From the NCBI GenBank assembly GCA_012295275.1, contig CM022669.1, positions 1,302,001 through 1,366,000 of the forward strand: a stretch of DNA of 64,000 nucleotides, read 5' to 3'. This stretch comes from Chrysomallon squamiferum (lineage: Eukaryota > Animalia > Mollusca). The translations under genes were made by a program, and so were the position numbers. Positions 43,780 to 57,420 of the stretch are shown one piece after another. Each line of letters opens with the position of its first letter. Within the stretch, counting starts at the first letter, position 1. The notes beneath the pieces were generated by a model. That model saw only the letters and a program-made list of their open reading frames with translations. It was not told the DNA's origin and did no database searches.

Positions 43780-46700
43780 GTGAGAAAAACACAAAATAGT
43801 TTTATGTTTAGAACAGGAAATGCACCGTGTTGTTGTTTTCACGAACCTCGTGCTGCAGGTAATGGAAATTGTAAAAAGCGTCCGTTGTATAAGAACTAGT
43901 AAAATTTATCAGTTTTAAAGTGTACCGTTATAGGTTGTTGTGTAATAATTGTACAGGTATTAAAGCCAGGTTACTTTGTCCGTTTCTTTGTTACACCAGC
44001 GAGCGCGCGCTACAAAAACATGACGCGTTCGTCTTCGTTAGACAATGAACAGAGCGCCAGTGAGCTTTCCTTTGTTAGACATTTCACACTTCCACCGACT
44101 AATACACACCAGATAAAATACACATTTTAGTAGTCTGATTATTTCTTTTTCTATTTTTTTATTTATTTATTTATTTATTACTACTTTATTTTTTATCGCT
44201 CTAATTTTTCGTTTAATTTTATTTGTTGGTTGTTTTTAACGGGCTTGGCCTGCTCGATCGATAGTTTCTCTTCGCAGACTCGACGTATTTGCTTTGGCGT
44301 TCTTGTTTGCTCTGCTTTTAAAAAGTACAAAAAAAAAAGAATTAAAAGAAAAAAAAAGATTGGTTTAAGAATTGAAATTCAATTTTGTTTTTCTTATAAA
44401 TGTATTTCGGTTAGTATCTGGTTTAAACTTGTATTAGTTGTACGATTTAAAAAAAAAATTGGGTATGTAAAAATATTGTTCTTTGTTCGATGTGTCTCTG
44501 CTTACAGCACTCTACTGTAACCTCCCAGACATTTCTATAGAATGTACACTTCAACGAAAATCTTATTTAAACAAAAAATTAAATCAGTTAAAATGTAGTT
44601 TATAACTGTTGGATTTTATAGACAATGTAGCTATTTAAATAATTATTTGTTGCCGATATGAAACTTAATTTTAGTAGATGATATGTTATATGACCACGGA
44701 TCCCCGCTTACGTAATATTTAGATAGAAAAAAAAAATATATATAAAAAAACGTGATAGCTGGAACATTGAATATTCCGGCCAAACACAAATCCGCGATTT
44801 TGAGTGATCGGTATAAAAACAGTCACGTGTTATTACTGAAGCGTAACATCGAACCATCGATTGTGGTCTGTAAAGATAAACAATATTACAACTCTAATAT
44901 TTGCATTGATGCATATTTGATTCAATAATAACAATAATAAATTGTTTCAGTTCATAAAAACTGACCATGTTTAAAGTTGATGTTTAATAATATCCACGAA
45001 GAATGAAAATTCACTTTGTGTATCACACAGTGTTTTTTTTGTTTTTGTTTTTTAAATGTGTGAAAGACGATTAATTCTTAGCAAACAAAATTAGATATCT
45101 CTACTTCCCAGCTTGGTCACTATTGGACAGTTTGTTTTAATTTTGTTTTTAAATTTTGACATCTAAGTAACTGCCAGTTACTTTCTTTGTTTGGTTTCTT
45201 TGTCTGTTTTCCTCGGGCGCGTTTAAACACAAGTTAGCCTAAAACGTAACTTTGTCTTGACTTGTTATTTTAAATGTTGAGAAATTCTCTTCAACTATGC
45301 TTTGGTCGGAGATGTCAGTGGAGGGTTACTTCGAGTAGCGAGCCGCTCGAAGTTTGGACTGTGTAGTTCAGTGTCGAGCTGGTTTCATGTAAAACTAGGC
45401 GTTGTTCACACACAGGAAGAAACGCGATTCGCGTGTAAGTTGTTAAAATCGCTTGTTGTGTTCTATCTGTCAGGATTAATGTGTTTTCATTCTCGAATAG
45501 CGGATACATTTATTTATCTTTGGTAAAAGAGGTTAATGAATCTAGTGAGAAACTTTTCTCTATTTTATCATCATACATACCAAACTGAATTCACGTTTTT
45601 TTCTCTATAAACAATTGCTGAAATTCTAATTATTAATAATCACCGTTAATTGCAGTAAAATGGAGTTGCTATATTTAGTCACAAATTATCACACTGGAAA
45701 CTATGAAATGATAGACAAAATAATGAAATACTGTTTAACACTTAACGACTTCGAATTGGCTACTTTAACAGTCGTTTACATATAAATAAAAAGTAAATAA
45801 ACAATAATGCAGGTAACTGTTCTCTGTGTCCAGTGCTCTTAGGTCAGTAACTGGACAGCGGTCACTGCACGGGATGGACACGCCCGAGCGACACTTGATC
45901 CCTGCCGCTTCACCTCGAGCCGGGGGCTAATTGTGTGAAATCCTGGGCGGGTGAAGTGGGGGGTGCAGCGTATTTAACTGTTTTAATGTGTTTACCGAGG
46001 CTTTCTGCACGCTGTCTGGAAGATAACACACAATGTTGTTCACATCCGCAGCTCCGGCCATTGTCAGCCTGGGTGACTTGGGTGACTGTCTCGGAGTAAC
46101 GGACATCACGGGCACAGTTCACTGCACACAACTGATTTGCCACGCAGTCTCGGTTTAATTAAAATAAAGTACCTGTAATTTGCAAACTGCCCCAAGGTCT
46201 TGTGTTAATTTCGTCATCTTTGGTCACTGCAGATAATCACCAACACTTGTACCTGGTCAGTTGTTTGGCTTGAGGCCACTGCCAGCGATTGTGCTGTCCG
46301 AGTGAAACTAATTAGATTACCATTAATTGATTTGTCACTTTCTTTGTACTTCGTGTGTTGTGGAACGAAACAAAATTTAATTTCTAATATTTTTATTTAT
46401 CCATTAATTGCGTTCTGCATTCATTTATTTACAGTCAGGTTTTAAGGAGAAATGAGTGAGGTTTTTACACAGTGAGGTAGCAAAAATAGTTTTACTTTTT
46501 ATGTATATAATAATTCCCCGAATTCTCTATACATTTTGTACAGAAGTGGTTTTTCCTGGTTAACACATGAGAAAGAAGAAAAATATTTCCCGTTCTGATA
46601 ACTGCGTAATAAATACTGTGATACGTATGTTTTAAAAATAGACCAGTGATGTCACTAGTACGCTGATTATCTGACACTATTTTTGTTTCCCTGACAGTTA

Positions 46701-47491
46701 CTTTAACATTTGTCCAGCTCATTTCTAAAGTTTTTTGTCTTTGTTTCGTCGCCCTCCAAGTCACAATGGTTGTCATGGCAACAATGTCAATCTAATTAAA
46801 TTACCACCAGATGGCGTGGCCATTCTGCTTTGTCTGCGTGAGCGCGAAAATTGAATTGCGGAAAGATTGATGGACGTGGATTGCGCAAGATCCAGTCTTT
46901 GTTGTTATTGGATGTGGCTTTTAGTTCAGAAGGATTGTTGTCTAAGAAATGTTGAGTCGAGATTTTTTTTATCACTCACAGACGCTCACACGAATCTAGA
47001 TTTATGAGTGATCTGAACTGTACGGGAGGGGGGAGAGGGAAACAAAATATCCATGGAAGAATGCCCACGTGACGACTGGTAAAAATTTCAAGTCGTTTAA
47101 GAAAATACAACTGAATAAATCCTTTGTGATTATTTTATTACGTACACGTTTTCTCTGACTTTGTAACGCATATCGGCGGTGGTAGACATTTTTATTAAAT
47201 CAACGAGTCTGGACAGCTGCAGTAAGCCACCCTTTTATTTCTCTACACCACAGCAACGTGTTAAACAAGTAACACGGCACAGCTTGGAACGTGTCCAATT
47301 ACACGAGACAAACACTGAATTAACCAATACGCTGCAAACTGTATTGTAAAGAAAGATTTAATGATACAGTAGAATTAATCAGTTTATTATATATATATAG
47401 ATTGTCCTGGAAACTGTTGCATGTTTCAAAGAATAGTTTATTTTTTACCTTTTTTTTACCAGAATACTGCTTTAAATTTTTAGATTAAATC

Positions 47492-47528
<37 letters not shown>

Positions 47529-48894
47529 TAGAAACGGGTAGAAGGTTTGGGGTACATAGCTCTGTTCAGTGTTTTCACATCCAGTAATCAAATAGGTGTT
47601 ATTTGTTTGGCCGGAGCGTTGTGGCCGAACACAAAGAACGGTCAGTTGAGTGGACATAGCAGAGGGCGAGAGGGGGTCACGACATCTGCCGCGGAAAGGC
47701 AAGATTCTGCCAGCTGCTTGAAATCCTTCCAAGGTCGGAGTTCAGGTGCGGATCGAGAAATAATGAAATGGGAGGTTCAGTTTTAGTTATGAGAAGAGAT
47801 ATTCAGATACACATTTTATTTATTTTTCTAAACCATATTAGGAGAAAACCAGCAGAATGGGGAAAAGAATAAACAAACCACCTACCCGTGTTTTACTGTG
47901 TTTTTGTGTTAAGTAGGTCTTGACAGCTGTTTTTATTAACGTTTACTATCTGTCGGTTGCAGTACTGCGCCTGTTTGAAATATTTGTACTGACAGCGAGT
48001 TGTTGGGTTCAGACTGTGTAATACTGAGAAACAAAGCACGCACCTAGTACGGTTCTCTAAACACTGTAAATGATGTACACTGTTTATCAGGAAATAGTTT
48101 GTCCATGGCTCGGTGCACTTTCATGAGTAAGCAAGCAATAAGCCTGTTATTAGAATAGTCGTGATTCTGTTATACGTATCACGTTACTAATGCTACAGCG
48201 CTCAGTCCCGTAATGTCTGTTACTCACCAGGCTGAATTTAATAAAGAGTGTGTGTGTGTGTGTGTGTGTGTGTGCATTTTGTTGTATCATTTATGAAATC
48301 TCTTTTGACGTTTTAACTTTTGAGCTAATGTTAGTCACACTTGCCTGTGGAAATGTTTACCATGACAAAACGTGATTTTCTTTTCGTTTACCTGAAATAC
48401 TAATTAATACTATTTAATAATAATAATAATAATTTATTATTGTTGTTAACAAGACTGTTATGCTAGATTATAATTTAAAAAATAAATTACTGTCAGTAAG
48501 GGAACGTGTATAATTTTATTATTTTTGACCGAGAGGTGAGTGACTCAGTTTATATGCATCTTTTTTATTAACGTTTATGATTGGTCACGTTTTGGAGTCA
48601 TTCTAAGCTGGGTTGCTGGCAGACACAAACTGTCTGAACGTAGCCCTACATACCTGACATATCCGTAAATCAGAACATCGCTTAGACAGTTTCCTTTTAG
48701 TTCAAAGTAACCGACTAAACAATTACATTTGTAGTGAAGCGCAGACTGGTCGGGGGGGGGGTGATCCATCCCTTTCAAGTCGTTCTCGTGAGGCAGATTA
48801 GAGCTAGATAATTAATAACACGCATTAGTTAAAAAGTTCAGTCTGTGGATACTGCGTACATGAATGCACAGTGCAATACTGCACTCGAACACGC

Positions 48895-48929
<35 letters not shown>

Positions 48930-51900
48930 CTTTTACAACCATTTTAAAATTAAAATGACAACAAGAAAGCAAAATTCGTAAATTCTAATATTTGATCTTG
49001 TTGAAAAGACTGATATCGAGTTTTCTTTTTTTTTTCTTTTTGGTTGAATTCACTCGACTGTATTGAGAACGCTGGAAAATTGTTATTGCTTCCGGTTTAG
49101 CGATTAAGGTGCTCTTGTGGTTGATGATGTTTTCACGCTGTTGTCGTCATTGCGGGCTTCTGTTTTCCTGGGCTGTGAGTAGATGTTGACACAGTTGTCG
49201 GGCACTGTCTGTTCACTGGAAATCACGCCGAAACTCCACAGTAATTGAATTAACATCGATCAAGACACTAACATACAGCGACCTCTCTCTCGTATTTATC
49301 AACAGCCAGACGTAAACTACCTCAACTAATGTCTGAACCAGTCTCCAAGACATTTGTCTTCCAGTCTTTGTTAATGTTTTTTAAAAGTTACTGTATTGTG
49401 AACTGCGGAGACTCGTGTAAGTCTAGCCAGTGTAGTGAAACACGTTAGAATACGAGATGATTACGTATTTCAGAGAAAACGTGTGTAAATTTCCACACCA
49501 GGCCGGTCCGTGACGCCGGCCATTAATTATTTATGATTCTTGTTTATTTGTGTTCGCCCGAGTTCACCTAGTTTCTGCTCGAAATGACGGCACAAATTAA
49601 CATGGCGGCCGTAGACAAGTGTGGCACCTTGCAATTAACGAAATCCAACATCTGACTTGTTAGTGGTGAGAAAAAAGAAACTGGTACATAATGGAAAATA
49701 TATTTTAAACCGAGTCTTGAGACCATCGAGTTTGGGGGACACTGAGTGAAGCTGGCTCTAAGCTGATTATATTAAAAGCATTAAAGTAAATTATTAAATG
49801 AAATCAGGGCTTGGCAATCCGGTTTACTATCGTGACATTTTTTTATATTTTATTTATGAATCGAGTTTTTCTTGTTTGACGATACATAAGCAAACATCTC
49901 TTGTCTGCGAGTGAAGGAATGTTGAAGAGTGACGTCATTAATCATGCAGGAGCTGATTTAGGGTGGAGCGGTGGTAAATTTGTGATGTCATTAATAATTT
50001 AGCTGCATAGTGTGGGATGGGACGATATTTATAAATATTGATTGAATTTATTTAATGTCAGATGTATACAAGTATACATGTTATTTCTTTTAAAATAGGT
50101 ATGAGCTCTCTAGCGCACAATGACCTCACTCTCGCTCTTCACTGAATATAATGCTGTAAATTATTTTGTTCTGTCTTGATATTTATAATTCACTGACACC
50201 GGCAAATTGTTTGAAAGTACTTTACACAAAATATGATACCATCCACAAATATCTTCTATGAACAGTCGAGTGTGTTCATATTTCCTAAGTTATCTACCAT
50301 GATGCAGATTAGAGAAAAATAAAATACAGATAGTCTTTGTTTTTTCAACACTGACGTCTCTGTGTAATTTGCTGGGATCGAATCCTTGCACACGGTTCGC
50401 TTCTGAGTGATAGCAGTTGTTCACTAACTCGGTATTTTCCTAACCTTGCTCATTTTCTGTGTTGAATTTAATGAGTGTACTTCACAGGATGCTGGAAAAC
50501 TTAGAATACACACACGACTGATGTTTTGAAGAAAGATGTAACGTGTTTAATAACTCGTACGTCCTTGTACATCTACTACGAAAGTGACATACAGCCTGTC
50601 AGCTGCTGTTTACATTCCTGGCATAGCTATACTCTTACTGCCACATCCACGTCTGCGTTAAACAGAATCTGTGAAGAGACTCGCATACAACATTTGTTTT
50701 GCATAAAGTACTGCTCGAAATGGTTAAAATGTATTAAAAATAACGTGATACACGTTACAAACAGAAGTGTGTGAGGCGTCGCCCAGGAACGACGTTTTCC
50801 TCTTGTAATTACTCAGTTATAAAACTCGCCAGCTGCTTGACCTGGCTATCACACGATTCGCTAGACTTTGGTATGCAGCAAAAAACAGAGGACACTGGAA
50901 ACGCAGGAAACATTCAGTTTGTTACATACTTCTATTTCCGTTATCGCTTACCTAGCTGCTGGCGGGCGCGACCTTGAACACTAGTACTTTTACTACGACT
51001 AGTAGCAGTAGCAGCAGTAGTAGTAGTAGTAGTAGTGTGTGTTAGATGTATATCTGTCGCGCAATATAGCCAATCGGAAATTGTGTCGCGATCGATACAA
51101 CGTGACAAAGGACGCTGTGGGAATATGTGGCGGCCTGACCTGCTTAGTGCAGATGATGTTCACAGTGTCGTCTGCTGCAGTACATCTATAAATACACCAC
51201 TCATCTGTGCTTCTCGTCTTCAGCAAGCTTCATGCCTGCAACCCAAACAGATTTAACACGTCGAAATCTGCTACTCGAACTTGCTGATTCATATATTAAA
51301 TATTACAAAGGAGGAGCTTTGGTGATGAAAAATAGACAAATCATTCCTCTTCTGCCATGGCTTTTTTTTATTTTTCCTTTCTTCAACGTAGTTGCTGACC
51401 AACGCCCAGGTTTTGAAGACTGTTGACTTGTACAAAAAATAAAAATAAAAAATAACATCCAGCTGATTTGTAACAATTTTCTGCTGGTTTTTTTTTTTTT
51501 TGCATCTTCATTTCAAAATTATTTCCCATTTACAATTTTCTCATTATTTTCTATTCACATAATAATAATAACAATAATAATAATAATAATAATAAATAAA
51601 CTTTGTTCATCTTTATTTTCCTAGATGATAGGATATTTTAATATCACGTTGTTTACTGCAGTTTTGCCAGTTATTTATAAAGCTCGCCTGATAACGTGCC
51701 CGACTTTGGCTTGCACGTCGAGATTCGCACGCAGTAATTAGCTTTTCAGTGGCTTATCTTTCTCTCGGAGAGGTGTCGGGTTTCAGCGCGTCTGTTTCTG
51801 GCCTTCTGCCTGACGTCTGCTCAGTCAGACGACGCTGCTAGTGATTCCAAACGGTCAGAAGCACAAGTTTGCAAAGCAGCAGATTTAATTTTAATGTATG

Positions 51901-53414
51901 TGCAGAAACTGGAGCACGTTAGAGGTGGTAATACAACAGTACCATAGGAATATCTTGATTAGATTAATTCAGTATTTGGCTTCGGATCTGGAAAAACGTT
52001 AAAAGTACGTTTTATATTTGGTTTGGTTTAAAAAAAAAAAAAAAAAAAATTGAAATACTACAAAATAACCTTAGTGTTAGCATATCTTCACCAGTTATCG
52101 CATATCGCATGTTAACATGTGGATATCCTAGTCAGAACATTTAGTAAACAGCGAAACCTCGAGCTAGAAACGAGAGGGTTGGGGAGGAGCAGCAAGTAGA
52201 AAATCAGAAGAACATAAATATTTTTAATTAAAAAGTAACGGTAGAGTTTTGTTTGTTTGTTTTCTTCCCCCAGTTCTATTCGCCTTTGCCTTCGTTTTCT
52301 GTTCTTTTGAAAGAAAGGGGATTTATCAGAATACAAATACATTCTGTGTTTGAGTGCTTGTAGACATTTCAAACTGAACAAAAAACCGTGGTCTGGGTCT
52401 CCTTGAAGAAAAAATAAAAATAATAATATATTACTGAAACCGCTCTAGTTTAATCTGAGTTTTCTTTAAAACTGGTTTTTATTCTTATTAGCTACTGAAC
52501 CATCTGACATTCAGTCGTGTGTTTGTTTATTCCTCACGTTTGTTTTCCGTGTCACTGGCAAATTCGGCTTTGCCGTTTTTAACACGAGTAATGACATGCT
52601 GCATTTCTGAATGCCCCAGAGAACTGATATTTGACATTATAAAAGACATTTTCATAAAAGCACAGCCTCGATTTTATTTCCGTCTCATTAGACCAAAACT
52701 GATCTAAGAGCCCAAACTGATTCTTGTCACATGAGTTTGCTGTTACTGTAACATAGATTAGTTGACATCCGTTATTAAACCAGAACATATCAAGTTTGTT
52801 AATAGCAAGTCAAACATAGTTTAAAGATTAATACGTGAAACTGGTTAATATGTGCTTATGTTACACATGTTTCTGTTGGATTAAGGTGATGAGGATAATC
52901 CAGCTGGGTTTACTCTGGCTAACACTAGGGGGCGTGTGGTTAGATGATCAAACTGCGAGACTGTTGGTTGACTGCAATGTATGACAGGATCGTTTCCTGC
53001 ATGCTCAAAGAAAACTATAAAATAAGCATATTTCAGATCTGTATTTTTTATTGTATTACATATATATATATATATATTATGATTATTATTATATTATATA
53101 AACCAAGATATTTCTAGAAGAGAACAAAAATAAACAGATGTTAATTTACAGTAAACGATATTTAATACGCGATGAGTAAACACAACTGTTTGCTAAAATA
53201 CTTTGTGTAGACTTGGATTAAGCCATTCGCAGTATTGCTAGAAATATTACATGACAACGTGTTTGGTACTTGCTACAAAGTTGTTAAACAACTAAGTTAC
53301 GCGTTAAAATACTTGCAAATATTACACATGTTGTTACGTTCGGTAATGGCGTGTATACCAGCAATAACCACAATAATCAATTTTTAAAAACTATTCCATT
53401 TTCGTATTTTTCAG
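43780..53414 (+). other. mex3: mex3 intron (9,635 bp, GT-AG, phase 1)
   Basis: Donor GTGAGA at 43780; acceptor ttttcgtatttttcAG ending 53414. Splicing joins G+GA (Gly) to give ...[23 protein letters not shown], the continuous MEX3 KH1 sequence. Confidence 0.93.
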
Positions 53415-54825
53415 GATGCAAAATAAAAGCTTTACGAGCCAAAACGAACACGTACATCAAGACGCCGGTCCGCGGGGAGGAGCCAGTGTTCGTGGTGACG
53501 GGGAGGAAGGAAGACGTGTGCGCTGCTAAGAAAGAGATACTCTCAGCAGCTGAGCATTTCAGTCAAATCAGAGCTTCGAGGAGGAACAGCAGTGTTTCCA
53601 GTGTTGGTTCAAACAACAGCTCGGGACTTGCCCCCGGGCCGCCCAGCCCCAATGCCCCCGGGCAGGTGACCATACAAGTGCGTGTCCCGTATCGTGTTGT
53701 GGGGCTGGTGGTCGGCCCGAAAGGCGCGACGATTAAACGAATCCAGCAACAGACGCACACGTACATCGTGACCCCGAGTCGAGACAAAGAGCCCGTCTTC
53801 GAGGTGACCGGCCTGCCGGAAAATGTCGAACGATCACGACAGGAAATCGAAAGCCACATAGCAACGAGGACCGGTGGCCTTGTGGATACTGCGTCACTTC
53901 CGCCTAACGCCAACACGGACGAGTTTCACGGGCTGGATTCTGGATTTCATGAACTTAACGGTGGGGACTTCATAGATTCTATCTTCAAACCACAGTCATC
54001 TTCTGCATTTACTTCCTACGGCAGCAGCTCCGTCAACAGCAACGGCATTCGACGAGTTCAGGAGCCAACCATTTTCAACTTCCCGCCTGTGAGCAACGGT
54101 ACGAACAAACTGTCTGACTTCGCAAACCCGATCTCAAACGGTTTCGGAAACGGCTTTAGTGCATTCGGAGTTTATGACAACAACGACGAGGGAATAGGGT
54201 CACCCTCCTTCGACCCTATCCCCCCTTCTCCTTCCATGTGGCCGGACTTTGGCGACAACCACAGCCACCTAGTCTCGCTGTTCGGCGGAAACTCGCCGCC
54301 GTACAGCAGCCCGCGACGAAGTAGCAGTTTCGCCGGCGGGTCGTCACGAGTCTCTCCTCCGACGCTGGACGGCGGAAGCTGCCGAAGTGCCAGTCCACTA
54401 AGCAATACGAATCTCTCGACGTCGCCGGGCGAGCACGCGCTGGTGCGCCGCATCCGCAGCGACCCCTCACCAACGGCGTGAACGGCTTCTCCAGCGCGGC
54501 GTCCGTGCCGAGCTGCTACACCAACGGCGTCAACGGCATGTCGTCAGCGTCGAGCGGATCTCCGACGAGCTGCAGCCCCGGGACCACGAGTCCCGTCCCC
54601 ACCTTGTGTAGCGATGCAATCGGGTGTGGCGGTGCAAACCTCGCCCGACCGACAAAACACTGTATGATTTGCTCGGAGAGCTGCGTCGTTGCGGCCCTCG
54701 TGCCCTGCGGCCACAACCTCTTCTGCATGGAGTGTGCTGCGCGCATCATGGGACGACCCGCGCGCGACCGGGTGTGTCCCGTCTGTCAGCAGACCCCAAC
54801 TCAGGCAATTCGTATATTTTCTTGA
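53415..54825 (+). CDS. mex3: MEX3-family protein, coding exon 2 (rest of KH1, KH2, Ser/Pro-rich linker, RING); apparent 1-nt frameshift at 54463-54466
   Basis: Encodes [34 protein letters not shown] (KH1), [49 protein letters not shown] (KH2, GPKG loop) and RRIRSDP. The KH frame stops at TGA 54479-54481; the RING lies in the -1 frame ending TGA 54823-54825. Adding one C gives a 556-aa protein; as written it is 441 aa. Confidence 0.9.
54661..54786 (+). other. mex3: C3HC4 RING finger coding segment of mex3
   Basis: [42 protein letters not shown] followed by [28 protein letters not shown] and QAIRIFS are typical of the MEX3 RING/C-terminus. Confidence 0.93.
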
Positions 54826-54916
54826 TCTGTTTATCTTGCCCTTTATTTTTTAATATCGGTCAATGATACTCCACAAAGTCTTTTATTTTTTAATTTCTAA
54901 TACTTGTTGTATTGTA

Positions 54917-54952
<36 letters not shown>

Positions 54953-56260
54953 CTTGCTCTGTTAATTTTCTCACCATTTTTATTTTTATTTATATTTATT
55001 ATTAATTATTAATTTTTTTAATTGTATCGTGTTTTTGTGGTATTTTCTGAAGAGATTACTGTTTAGTCTTCATACCTAACGGATTTGTATGAATGGTATT
55101 AATATTATTATAATAATATATGTTTATTAAATTATAATATAAACACTTCCAGGTTGTTTTCGACCGAAATTGAGATGTGCGAGGCAATCACGTGACATGA
55201 AATTAAAAGAAATGTAAAAGAAAATGTACACTATTTAAAGATGTTTCTCTTTGTTAAAATGTTAATTTGTCTTCCACATCACAACGCTATTTTCTTCACT
55301 AACTTTTATTTTTTGTCTTTGTTAATGAACAAAATGGCGGTCAAATAAAAAGAAGGGAGAAAAAAAATGAAATACATATAAATAATTATATTTTAGAATG
55401 TGACTTAACTCTCCGTATTTCGACCGAACGCAGCCTGGAAATGATAATATAAGCAAGCTACACAAATATGAGTTTATTTTATATTTATTATATCATACTT
55501 GTAAAAGTATTTTATTATTTGAATATATACATATATATTTGTAAGTGTTCACGGTAACACTGAAAGATGTTCTGTTGTGTGACGTCACGCTGGGATCGCT
55601 TGAAATGTCGTCTGGGAAACCTCGGAGATGTTCGTGAAATGTCGACCATTATCGGTAAAGAATGAGAAGTCAGAAAATATATATTTTTTTTAATTTTATT
55701 TCAGTTAGAACATTAATGCATTTATCATCAATCGTAATTCTGTTAATTACTAATTAGTGTTGAATCTACGTAAATAAAGAAAAACTTGCCGTTATGTTAC
55801 TCAGGGTTCCCTCATTTAAAATTTTAATGCAGCATAATTTTTAGTTTTTCTCTCGAGCTGGAATTTAGCAGAAATGTATGATGGTCTGACGAACATAGCC
55901 GAGGTTTCTCACTTATTTAATATATTGTTTATTGATGTTACTACAGACAAAATCCGTTACCATAGAGATGCAATTGACTTTTATTATCTATATTGATGTT
56001 CAAGATTTAAAAGAAAATATGGCGTTTATTTTTTTTAATTTATTTTTTTTCCTTTTTAAAAATAAAATTAACTATATTTTACTTAGCTTCCAAAGTATTT
56101 TTTAGTCTTGTGAAAGATGAAATAGATTTTATTTTAACTACATTTGTCATACCCAGATTGGGCCTCTTTTTCTTTATTTTTCTTGTTTTGTTTCGTTTTG
56201 TTTTTTGATGATACTTGTATGTTTATGCTTTTTTTTTTCCTTAAAAAAATAATAAATAAA
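54826..56260 (+). other. Probable U/A-rich 3' UTR of mex3 (3' end uncertain)
   Basis: U-rich sequence after the stop; candidate AATAAA signals at ~55344, 55773, 56061 and 56251. Which is used cannot be read from the sequence. Confidence 0.4.
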
Positions 56261-57002
56261 ATTATATATACATATATATATATATAAATTATATATTATA
56301 TATTATTTGTATAAATAGATGTACGTGAAAAACATCGTTGTTGCATACACATTCATCTATAGTTTAGAGTTTTCTATTTTAATATTATTTACTATTCTGT
56401 ATGTATATGGTAGACAGAGAAAAGTAAGTAACATAAAGATATTTTTATTTTACTGGCCGAGAGGTCCTTACCAATATTATATTTGCTGAAATTCAGAAGA
56501 TGTAAGAGTTTTATTTTTCTGCCATTAAAGCCATGTTTAAGATGAATTTTGTTTTTCTTTTCTTTTCTAAAATTACAATATAGTTCTATCAGTTTGTAGA
56601 ACATTAGGCTGTATTCCTTCAGTTCCGTTTATTATTACTACTATTATTATTATTATTGTCATTAAAGGAAACAAGTTAACGTTAATTGATGAACATTTGC
56701 CGACAGAAAAAAAGTATGAGTCAAGATCAAAGCTAATTATGATAAATTCTGCCGTGAAGTTTTTGGAACCGACTTTGCCATCCATCATTAAAACAGGGTT
56801 GTGTAAGGCGAATGGTATTTCTGCATACATTAATCGGGAGTGATTGTTACTGCGCATGTCAGATACAAACTCGGTACTTCCAGGTTAAAATTTCTTCACT
56901 GTTTACTGCTCATCATCGTTCTTTCCATGCTTGAACGCACGAGATGTGATATTGTATCTGTGTGTAACCCAGACTGATACAAACAGTTGACGTGAATGCT
57001 GG

Positions 57003-57184
57003 TATGTGTATAGGACCAGTGGGTGACGTAAATAGTGGAATGTATATAGGACCAGTGGGTGATGTAAATAGTGGAATGTATATAGGACCAGTGGGTGACG
57101 TAAATAGTGGAATGTATATAGGACCAGTGGGTGACGTAAATAGTGAAATGTATATAGCACGAGTGGGTGACGTAAATAGTGGAG
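57003..57184. repeat. 36-bp minisatellite (~5 copies)
   Basis: Unit AGGACCAGTGGGTGACGTAAATAGTGGAATGTATAT. Confidence 0.93.
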
Positions 57185-57252
57185 TACGGTTGTTGAATTC
57201 TGTAGTTCTTGCTAGGATTTTCTCCCACGATTTTTTAAAGTGTCTAAAAGGA

Positions 57253-57292
57253 GTGTGTTCGTGTGTTCGTGTGTTTGTGTGTGTGTGTGTGT

Positions 57293-57379
<87 letters not shown>

Positions 57380-57420
57380 TCTGTGTCTGTGTGTGTGTGT
57401 GTGTGTGTGTATGTGTGTGT
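57253..57420. repeat. (TG)n microsatellite
   Basis: Imperfect TG run. Confidence 0.96.

Noticed and set aside
43343-43792. 149-aa antisense ORF over mex3 exon 1 (and antisense ORFs over exon 2)
   Set aside because: Shadow ORFs of GC-rich coding exons; no recognisable protein features.
53351-53414. N-terminal extension [21 protein letters not shown] of the 376-aa ORF
   Set aside because: Intronic sequence upstream of the acceptor; the GTG start is an ORF-caller artefact.
54443-54494. Small intron that might repair the mex3 frameshift
   Set aside because: GT 54443 to AG 54494 (52 nt) does not restore the frame and would delete RRIRSDP. GT 54478 to AG 54494 restores the frame but is only 17 nt, too short for normal spliceosomal splicing.
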